Positions 57,122 to 64,000 of a DNA stretch of 64,000 nt are shown here, piece after piece. Source of the DNA: Candidatus Pacearchaeota archaeon (GTDB lineage Archaea > Nanobdellota > Nanobdellia > Pacearchaeales > GW2011-AR1); contig JBAZOZ010000002.1 of assembly GCA_041648455.1 (NCBI GenBank), positions 1,531 through 65,530 of the forward strand. Direction: 5' to 3'. The notes under the pieces were generated by a model that worked only from the letters and a program-made list of their open reading frames with translations, made no database searches and was not told where the DNA came from. Position numbers and translations under genes: made by a program. The stretch's first letter is position 1, and every line of letters starts with the position of its first letter.

Positions 57122-57574
57122 TTGAAAATGAACAAAAAAATAACGATTATAATATTAGTAATTTTATTAACTGTGTTTGTTGGAGCATATTTAATAAAAC
57201 AAAAAGATCCAAGAATCCCCATTACTATTTATAAAACCCAAAGTTGCGGATGTTGCGAAGGTTTTATATCTGAATTAACTAAAGGTGGATTTGATGTTAA
57301 AATGAATGTTGAGGATAATATAGATATAAAAGGAAAATATAACATTCCAGAAGAAATGCGAAGTTGTCATACTTCTTTTGTTAAGGGTTATTTTGTAGAA
57401 GGACATGTTCCTCTTGAAGCTATAAATAAATTAATTGAAGAATCTCCTGAAATTGATGGGATTGCATTACCTGGAATGCCTTCTGGTTCTTTGGGAATGC
57501 CAGGAATAAAAGATGGACGACTTAAAATATATTCTATCACCAATGGAACAGCTTCTATTTTTATGGAAATATGA
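57122..57574 (+). CDS. CopG/DUF411-like metal-binding protein (membrane anchored)
   Basis: N-terminal TM; CGCCEGF and CH motifs. Confidence 0.55.
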   Translation: MKMNKKITIIILVILLTVFVGAYLIKQKDPRIPITIYKTQSCGCCEGFISELTKGGFDVKMNVEDNIDIKGKYNIPEEMRSCHTSFVKGYFVEGHVPLEAINKLIEESPEIDGIALPGMPSGSLGMPGIKDGRLKIYSITNGTASIFMEI

Positions 57575-57712
57575 AAGAATTTCCTACTTTCAACATGGAA
57601 AATAAGAGATTTTCCATGCCATTCAAAACAAAAAGTTTTGAAGGAAACAGGAAGTTTTCAAAATGTGAAAAACTTCCTATTTTTCACCTTTTAAATTCAG
57701 GAAGAATTCAAA

Positions 57713-59224
57713 ATGAATGCAATTAACAATCTTTTAAAGAAAAGGTGGAATCCATTTGCTTTCAGAGTTGTTTCTCTTATTGTTTTTATCTTTATAATAA
57801 TTATTCTTTATCTTGGATCTTTGAAATTAATTTTTAATTTTAATAGTAATTCAGTTATGTTCATTTTGTGGACTTTGTGGTGGCCATTTTTGTATATTAG
57901 TTTATTATTTCTTGGGAGATTTTGGTGTGGTTTTATTTGCCCGATTGGGTTGTCAAATGAAATGGGAAATTCTATTAGAAAGACAAAAAAAGATTATCTG
58001 ATAAAATATGGATTTATTCCTTTTGTGATATTCTTTCTAATTGTGTTCTGGGAGCAGGTTTCTGGATTGTTCTCGTCGACAAAAATAACTTTAATTTTTC
58101 TGGCAACTTTTCTTATCTCCTCTTTTATTGCAGGTATTTTAATGCCTAGATGGGGATTTTGCAAACATTTTTGTCCTATTGGTTCTTTGTTTGGACCCTT
58201 TAGCAGACTTTCTTTTTTAAGTATCAGAACAAATAGAGAAATTTGTAAGTCGTGCAAAACGAAAGAATGTATTAGAGGAGGAAAAGTTGAGCCATGTCCA
58301 ATGTTTAATGATGTTCCTAATTTAAACAGCAATAAAGATTGTCTTTTATGCACTAATTGTATAAAAAATTGCCCGTATGATTCTGCTAAATTAAGTTTTG
58401 TAAAACCAGGAGAGGAATTAATTAAGAAATCAGGATTTAATCTTCCGGAATCTTTGTTTATTATAGCCTTGCTTGGATTTAGTGTTTTATTGACGACAAG
58501 AGGAACCAATATTTTTAGATTAATTGAATTTAGCGGAGTTTGGATAAGAGCGTTTGATTTTGTATTTGGAATCGGGTTCTTTATTTTGGCTTATTTTATT
58601 ATAACCTATATTTCGACTAACTTAGACAAAGGAAATAAAAATTTTAAAATCAATTTAATAAATGGAGGATATGTATTTTTACCTTTGGTTTTTTCTTTAA
58701 TGTTTTTCTTAATTGTCTTTGGATTTATAACTCCCTTAACCAATATAGATGGAAATATAATTGCTTTGAGTAAATATACTCTCTTAGGCATCGGAGGAAT
58801 TTGGGGCTGGAAACTTGCAAAAGATATTTTTGAAAAAAGAAATTTTGTTTATAGAATTTCAATAATCTTGATTATATTATTCTGGGTTTTGGCTTTAATT
58901 CCAGGTCCATTAAATATTTTTCCAGATAATACCGGAATTTATTTTGCAAAAAGAGGCGAAACAATTAATATGAGAGCGTTTAGTATGGGATTTGATCCTA
59001 CAGTAATTAAGATTGAATCCGGAGAAGGATTTGATATAAATGTGACAAACCAAGATATGGTTCATTCCTTTGTTATTAATGAATTAAATATCAGTGTTAA
59101 TATTCCTAGCGGGAAAAATAGGCTTATAAGGTTTGGTAATCTTGAAAAAGGAAAGTATGAATATTATTGTGCAATTCCAGGACATAAGGAAGCTGGAATG
59201 AAAGGAGTGTTAATTGTGGAATAA
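57713..59224 (+). CDS. Polytopic membrane protein with 4Fe-4S ferredoxin motifs (NapH/CcoG-like polyferredoxin) fused to a C-terminal cupredoxin domain
   Basis: CLLCTNCIKNCP (Cx2Cx2Cx3CP) and CKSCKTKEC. C-terminus GKYEYYCAIPGHKEAGMKGVLIV. Confidence 0.65.
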   Translation: MNAINNLLKKRWNPFAFRVVSLIVFIFIIIILYLGSLKLIFNFNSNSVMFILWTLWWPFLYISLLFLGRFWCGFICPIGLSNEMGNSIRKTKKDYLIKYGFIPFVIFFLIVFWEQVSGLFSSTKITLIFLATFLISSFIAGILMPRWGFCKHFCPIGSLFGPFSRLSFLSIRTNREICKSCKTKECIRGGKVEPCPMFNDVPNLNSNKDCLLCTNCIKNCPYDSAKLSFVKPGEELIKKSGFNLPESLFIIALLGFSVLLTTRGTNIFRLIEFSGVWIRAFDFVFGIGFFILAYFIITYISTNLDKGNKNFKINLINGGYVFLPLVFSLMFFLIVFGFITPLTNIDGNIIALSKYTLLGIGGIWGWKLAKDIFEKRNFVYRISIILIILFWVLALIPGPLNIFPDNTGIYFAKRGETINMRAFSMGFDPTVIKIESGEGFDINVTNQDMVHSFVINELNISVNIPSGKNRLIRFGNLEKGKYEYYCAIPGHKEAGMKGVLIVE

Positions 59225-59271
59225 AGAAAACAGGAAGTTTTCTAATTCTCCATTTTTGGAGAATATAAAAA

Positions 59272-60354
59272 ATGGATAATAAAATGTATAAAAAATATAT
59301 TCGCCAAAGATTATTTAAGTCTGATCCTGAAAGTATTCACAATTTAATAATCTATTTAGGAAGAGTTATGGCTTTCACTAAGCTCTCAAGATTATTAAGA
59401 TTTAATTTTGTTTTTAAGGATAAAAGACTGGAAAATGAAATTATGGGAATCAAATTTGAAAATCCCGTCGGACTTTCTGCTGGTTTTGATAAAAATGCGC
59501 AACTTACAGATTTTATTCCTGATTTAGGATTTGGATTTATAGAGATAGGGAGTGTTACTGCAAATTTTTGTGAAGGAAATCCAAAGCCAAGACTTCATCG
59601 GCTTGTAAAAGATAATGCAATTATTGTTCATTATGGTTTAGCAAATCAAGGTGCAGAGAAAATTTATCAAAGATTGAAATATAAATGTTTTAGAATCCCT
59701 CTTGGAATTAGTATTGCGAAAACAAATGATTCTACAATAAAAGGGGAGAAAAGTGTGGAAGATTATTTTAAGAGTTTTGAATTGTTAAAGAATATTGGAG
59801 ATTATATTACAATAAATATAAGTTGTCCTAATTCAGGAGACGGGAGAAGTTTTGAAGATCCTTTTTTACTGGAGTCCCTATTAAAAAAAATTGAAAAGGT
59901 TAGAAGGAATGAGAAGATAGTATTAAAAATTTCTCCAGATATTAATGAGGGAGATTTAAATTCTATTATTAACCTTTCAAAGCGATACAAAATAAATGGA
60001 TTTATTATTAGTAATCTATCAAAAAAAAGAGAAAATCTCAGCGAAGATGAAAATCTAAAATATGTTGGTGGAATTAGCGGAAGGCCCGTTCAATATAAAT
60101 CAGATGAGTTAATAAAGAAAGTTTATAAGAAAACAAAAGGAAAATTTGTGATTATTGGCTCTGGAGGAATATTTAGTGGAGAAGACGCCTATAGAAAAAT
60201 AAAAAACGGAGCAAGTTTAATTCAATTAATAACCGGAATGATTTATGAGGGCCCAGGAATTGTAAAAAAGATTAATCGGGAAATAGTTGAATTGCTAGAA
60301 AAAGATGGGTTTAATAATATTCAGGAAGCTATAGGAATAAATGCTCGAAACTAG
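59272..60354 (+). CDS. pyrD: Dihydroorotate dehydrogenase (quinone-type, PyrD family)
   Basis: FENPVGLSAGFDKNA, IEIGSVT, ...NISCPN and GSGGI motifs. Confidence 0.8.
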   Translation: MDNKMYKKYIRQRLFKSDPESIHNLIIYLGRVMAFTKLSRLLRFNFVFKDKRLENEIMGIKFENPVGLSAGFDKNAQLTDFIPDLGFGFIEIGSVTANFCEGNPKPRLHRLVKDNAIIVHYGLANQGAEKIYQRLKYKCFRIPLGISIAKTNDSTIKGEKSVEDYFKSFELLKNIGDYITINISCPNSGDGRSFEDPFLLESLLKKIEKVRRNEKIVLKISPDINEGDLNSIINLSKRYKINGFIISNLSKKRENLSEDENLKYVGGISGRPVQYKSDELIKKVYKKTKGKFVIIGSGGIFSGEDAYRKIKNGASLIQLITGMIYEGPGIVKKINREIVELLEKDGFNNIQEAIGINARN

Positions 60355-60614
60355 TTACACCAAACCTTTTATAATAACTATTGATTAAGTTGATTAATGA
60401 AAAGAAGGTATTCGTTCCCCTCAAATGAGACAAAGATTAATGAGAGACAAAGTAATTCAGAATATTGAACGAAAATTAAATTTATCGTAAATAAACAAAG
60501 AAGGAGAAAGTTAAATGAAAAAAATAGAAATTTTTTACCTCTCAAACTTAGGAAAAGTTCAAGATACAGAAAATAGGAAATTTTCTGTCTCATTAAGAAT
60601 AGGAAATTTTTAAG

Positions 60615-61691
60615 ATGAAGATAAAGAATATATTAAAAGATGAAAAAATATTGACAATTATAATTGCTGTTTTGGTTGTTTTATTTGCAATTTTATTATC
60701 GTTTCCAAACATGACTAGTCCTATAAAAGATATTATGAGTAAAGAAAAAATTTATTCTGTTGATATTATTAAAATTAATGGGTGTGATGATTGTTTTGAT
60801 TTAAATAGGGTATTAACTGTTGTGAAAAAAGATAATAGCATAGAGATAAAAGAAATTAAAGACTTAGATTACAAAAGCAAAGAAGCAGAATCATTAATAA
60901 AAGAATATGGAATAAAAACAACCCCTGCCCTAATAGTAAAATCAAGGGGAATAGAAAAAAGAGAATTCAACAAAGAAATATTTTCCTCAGGTAAAAATTA
61001 TCTTCTTTTCGATAAGTCAGTTCCATATTTAGATTTGTCTTCTGGAGAAATTAAAGGAAAGGTTGATTTTAAAGAGATTCAGGATAGTTCGTGTAAAGAA
61101 TGCCCAAGTTTATCCTCGCTAGAAAAACAATTAGAAGCCCTTGGTATTAAAAAGAAAAATTATGAAATAATTGATTCATCACAAGAAGAAGGAAAGAAGT
61201 TAATAAAAGATAATAACATTAGATTTTACAATAATTTAATTATAGGAAAAGAAATTAAGGCATATTGGTGGATATTTCCAAGTTTGAGTAAGGCATTGAC
61301 AGAAGAGAAGGATTATTATGTATTTTCAGAGCCGATTGTGTATCCTTATAAAGATGCAATTACGGGTATGATTAAAGGAAAAGTAGAAGTAATTTATGTT
61401 ACAGCAAATGACTGTAATGATTGTTCTAATGTTTCAGTTTTAAAAGAAGATTTTGAAAAATCCGGCGTTTATATTGCTAAAGATAAATATATTGATTACT
61501 CGTCGGGAGAAGGGAAACAGATAACTTCTAATTATAATATAAATGCTGTGCCAACAATTATACTTTCAAAAGAGATATTAGATTATCCCAGATTATCAGA
61601 AACCTTGAAAGAATTAGGGACTTTTGAAAAAGACGATTCTTTTGTTTTTAGAGAATTAAAAAAATTAAATCTAAAATATAAAGAAATATGA
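60615..61691 (+). CDS. Membrane-anchored protein with two thioredoxin-fold CxxC domains (extracytoplasmic thiol-disulfide oxidoreductase)
   Basis: N-terminal TM; INGCDDC...TTPALIV and VTANDCNDC...NAVPTIIL. Confidence 0.55.
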   Translation: MKIKNILKDEKILTIIIAVLVVLFAILLSFPNMTSPIKDIMSKEKIYSVDIIKINGCDDCFDLNRVLTVVKKDNSIEIKEIKDLDYKSKEAESLIKEYGIKTTPALIVKSRGIEKREFNKEIFSSGKNYLLFDKSVPYLDLSSGEIKGKVDFKEIQDSSCKECPSLSSLEKQLEALGIKKKNYEIIDSSQEEGKKLIKDNNIRFYNNLIIGKEIKAYWWIFPSLSKALTEEKDYYVFSEPIVYPYKDAITGMIKGKVEVIYVTANDCNDCSNVSVLKEDFEKSGVYIAKDKYIDYSSGEGKQITSNYNINAVPTIILSKEILDYPRLSETLKELGTFEKDDSFVFRELKKLNLKYKEI

Positions 61692-62131
61692 ATTTAAAAA
61701 CAAAAGCCGTGAGTTATGGAGTTTTGGCAATTGTTATAGTTTTGGGTTTGAATTTTACAATTTTATATTTATTGAATTTCCCTTCGATGGCAACTGAAAT
61801 AATTCAAAAATATTGGATTCTCATAGTTTTATTAATTGGAGGTTTTGGTTTGCAGATAGGATTATTTACTTATTTCCGAGGATTGAATGCAATAAGCTGT
61901 TCCACAACTGTTGCTTCTGGAAGTATATCCAGTGTGAGTATGATCTTGTGTTGTTCTCACTATTTACTAAATATACTTCCTTTTTTAGGAGCGGTCGCTG
62001 GAATTTCAGGATTAACCGCGTTATCAAAATATACTTTACAATTTTTAATTATCGGAATAGTTTCTAACATCTTTGGTGTGGGGGTTATTTTTTATCAATC
62101 AAATAAATTTAGGAAGTTGAGGAAATATTAA
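61688..62131 (+). CDS. Integral membrane protein (possible disulfide-bond formation partner)
   Basis: Four TM segments; CC pair (MILCCSHY). ATGA overlap with the upstream gene. Confidence 0.45.
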   Translation: MNLKTKAVSYGVLAIVIVLGLNFTILYLLNFPSMATEIIQKYWILIVLLIGGFGLQIGLFTYFRGLNAISCSTTVASGSISSVSMILCCSHYLLNILPFLGAVAGISGLTALSKYTLQFLIIGIVSNIFGVGVIFYQSNKFRKLRKY

Positions 62132-62368
62132 ATGGAAAATAAATTTTTAATTTTTGGTGTTGTTTCTTTAGTTGTCCTGTTAAGTATTGCGGTTGTTATA
62201 AAATTAAATAGAACTGGAGATGCAATCAACAACGAAGATTTAAACAAATATAGGTCTGAGAAAATTCCGCAGGAGTGCAGACTTTCACAAGGAGAAAATC
62301 TCCAATCATGGAAAGAACATTTGGGACATCATCAGGATACACTTTACTGTCTAGATTATTATAAATGA
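62132..62368 (+). CDS. Small membrane protein (78 aa)
   Basis: N-terminal TM. Confidence 0.35.
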   Translation: MENKFLIFGVVSLVVLLSIAVVIKLNRTGDAINNEDLNKYRSEKIPQECRLSQGENLQSWKEHLGHHQDTLYCLDYYK

Positions 62369-62496
62369 AAATACAAAAATTTCTAATTTTTGTCCTTCAA
62401 AAACAAGAAGTTTTAGAAGAAATAAGAAATTTTTTGTCTTTTACAAATAGGAAATTTGAAAAATAAAAATGGAAAAATTGAAAGGAGGTAAACAAC

Positions 62497-62652
62497 ATGG
62501 ATAAGACTGCTTGGATTTTGTTAATAATTTTATTAGTTGTTATTGGTGTTTTTGCAATTATCTCGTTTGGATCTGATGGGGGAGGTAGTACTGGGAGCTC
62601 AATTGCCTACTCATCTGCAAATCAGTACAGTGGGGGCGGATGTGGTAGATAA
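62497..62652 (+). CDS. Small membrane peptide (51 aa) ending ...SGGGCGR, related to the MVGGC family (not in ORF track)
   Basis: GAAAGGAGGTAAA SD; MDKTAWILLIILLVVIGVFAIISFGSDGGGSTGSSIAYSSANQYSGGGCGR*. Confidence 0.4.
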   Translation: MDKTAWILLIILLVVIGVFAIISFGSDGGGSTGSSIAYSSANQYSGGGCGR

Positions 62653-62667
62653 TTAATCTAATTTAAA

Positions 62668-63123
62668 ATGGAATTTAAATGCAATATTTGTAATAGAAAT
62701 TTTAATTCAGAAGAAAGTCTGAGACAGCATAATGAAATGAAACATCGTATTGAAGAAAAAAAGGCGAAAATAAATATGAGAAAATATATTATAATATCTT
62801 TATTTGTATTAATTGTTCTCTTTTCTATTCTTACAATTAGCTCTTATATGAAAAAACCTGGGAAATTTGATGAGTTTGCACAATGTCTGACTGAAAAAGG
62901 CGCTGTGATTTATGGGAATGATTACTGTCAATATACTCTAAAACAGTTTGGAATGTTTGGAAAATCCAAGAAATATCTTAATTATGTAAAATGTATAGAT
63001 AATGAAACATTATGCGACACTAAAGGAGTTAAAATAACTCCAACATGGGAAATTAAAGGACAGACGTATGAACAAGTTCAAAGTTTTGAAAAATTATCTG
63101 TTTTAAGCGGATGTGAAATATAA
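62668..63123 (+). CDS. C2H2 zinc-finger plus TM plus thioredoxin-like domain protein
   Basis: FKCNICNRNFNSEESLRQHNEMKH, TM, ...ITPTWEI. Confidence 0.45.
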   Translation: MEFKCNICNRNFNSEESLRQHNEMKHRIEEKKAKINMRKYIIISLFVLIVLFSILTISSYMKKPGKFDEFAQCLTEKGAVIYGNDYCQYTLKQFGMFGKSKKYLNYVKCIDNETLCDTKGVKITPTWEIKGQTYEQVQSFEKLSVLSGCEI

Positions 63124-63259
63124 ATGGAAAAATTGAAAGGAGGTAAATAAAATGAGTTGTTGTGGCGGAAAAAAGAAAGGAAAGAAGAAGTAGAAGAGAT
63201 TAAAAAATATGTCTAATTGTACAAAAGATATTTAAATATTAGAGTATTCTAATATACTT

Positions 63260-63574
63260 ATGGATAAACTTTATGAAATTCATGCGGAAATGTGTAAAAT
63301 CTTCTCTAATCCAATTAGATTGGAAATCTTAAATTTATTGAGAGATAAAGAAATGTCTGTAACCGAGATTATAAATAAATCAAAATTAAGTCAAGCGAAT
63401 ATATCTCAACATTTGTCAATAATGAAATCGAGGGGGATTGTTGCAGCAAATAGAAAAGGCAAGAATATATACTATCGGATTACAAATCCAAAGATTATCA
63501 AAGCATTTGATATTATAAGAGAGGTTCTAGTTGAAAAATTAAAAAGAGATAGGAAATTGTTAATTAAATTATAA
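63260..63574 (+). CDS. ArsR/SmtB-family transcription regulator
   Basis: FSNPIRLEILNLL...MSVTEI...LSQANISQHLSIMKSRGIV. Confidence 0.75.
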   Translation: MDKLYEIHAEMCKIFSNPIRLEILNLLRDKEMSVTEIINKSKLSQANISQHLSIMKSRGIVAANRKGKNIYYRITNPKIIKAFDIIREVLVEKLKRDRKLLIKL

Positions 63575-63575
63575 A

Positions 63576-64000
63576 ATGCAAGATAATCTAACAAAATTAG
63601 ATAATGTAACAAAAATATTGTTGATTGTGTTAGTTGTAGCTATAACTTACTTTTTTGTATTTTTAATAATGGGTTCTTTTTTTATTAAACAACCCACATC
63701 TATGATGGAGGTGATGAATCAAACGATATATGGAAGCAATAGGACAAGCATACTTATTTTTTCATTGATTATTGCTTTATCTATTGGAATTATTTTTTCA
63801 TTTTACTTATCTAAAATTCAAACAAAAGATAAAGAGTATCATATCATTAAAAAAGCCTTATCAAAAGATGAAAGAACAATCTTAGACGAAATAAAAAAAG
63901 CCGGCGAGGTAACACAAGATTCATTAAGATTTAGATTAAATTGGAGTAAAGCAAAGATTTCAACTATTCTAACCAATCTTGATAAAATGAGTCTAATTCA
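63576..64000 (+). CDS. Membrane-anchored winged-helix regulator, 3'-truncated by window edge (same architecture as 53039..53509)
   Basis: ATG 63576, two TM segments, then DERTILDEIKKAGEVTQDSLRFRLNWSKAKISTILTNLDKM. Confidence 0.45.
   Translation, partial: MQDNLTKLDNVTKILLIVLVVAITYFFVFLIMGSFFIKQPTSMMEVMNQTIYGSNRTSILIFSLIIALSIGIIFSFYLSKIQTKDKEYHIIKKALSKDERTILDEIKKAGEVTQDSLRFRLNWSKAKISTILTNLDKMSLI

Overview
This 64 kb window is AT-rich and looks archaeal. It encodes a thermosome, r-proteins L10e, L35Ae, S24e and S27ae, Spt4 and RpoE' (Rpo7), archaeal-type GluRS-like and HisRS genes, and a tRNA-Gly with a 98-nt intron at 37/38. It is gene-dense and mostly housekeeping, probably from a small DPANN-like genome. 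No CRISPR array, cas gene, transposase or integrase was found.

The most notable system is a minus-strand operon at 5.7-7.9 kb. A radical-SAM/SPASM peptide maturase is followed by three paralogous Cys-rich precursor-like peptides. They share a conserved charged leader (NKFRLED..EVLGEQEINGxYxF...R.L..D.TFSPC); two of them also end in a hydrophobic tail. This is a RiPP-type cluster (ranthipeptide/sactipeptide-like).

The 47-60 kb region is a redox/metal island. It holds NifS, IscU, a peroxiredoxin, an Fe/Mn SOD, two hemerythrins, a plastocyanin-like protein, a CopG/DUF411-like protein, a polyferredoxin-cupredoxin fusion and thioredoxin-fold proteins. Interleaved with these is a family of four small membrane peptides ending in a conserved ...MVGGC.

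The intergenic DNA is unusually structured and carries several dispersed repeat families:
- AGGAA-core AT-rich tandem modules sit immediately upstream of at least 13 start codons.
- A 78-nt x3 tandem repeat with a conserved 5' hairpin recurs at three loci, each abutting a start codon or a tRNA 3' end.
- A hairpin family with the loop motif TTGCCTCCGA occurs in the tRNA-Gly intron, upstream of tRNA-His, and as a direct-repeat-flanked insertion at a gene's 3' end.
- A 118-bp inverted-repeat pair flanks a tsaC cassette, next to a duplicated tRNA-Val 3' fragment.
- A ~125-nt structured element is present in two inverted copies.

Other calls include Lhr helicase with its metallophosphoesterase partner, a RelE-like toxin, ScpA, a Dph6-like ligase, a U32 peptidase and two nucleotidyltransferase paralogs.
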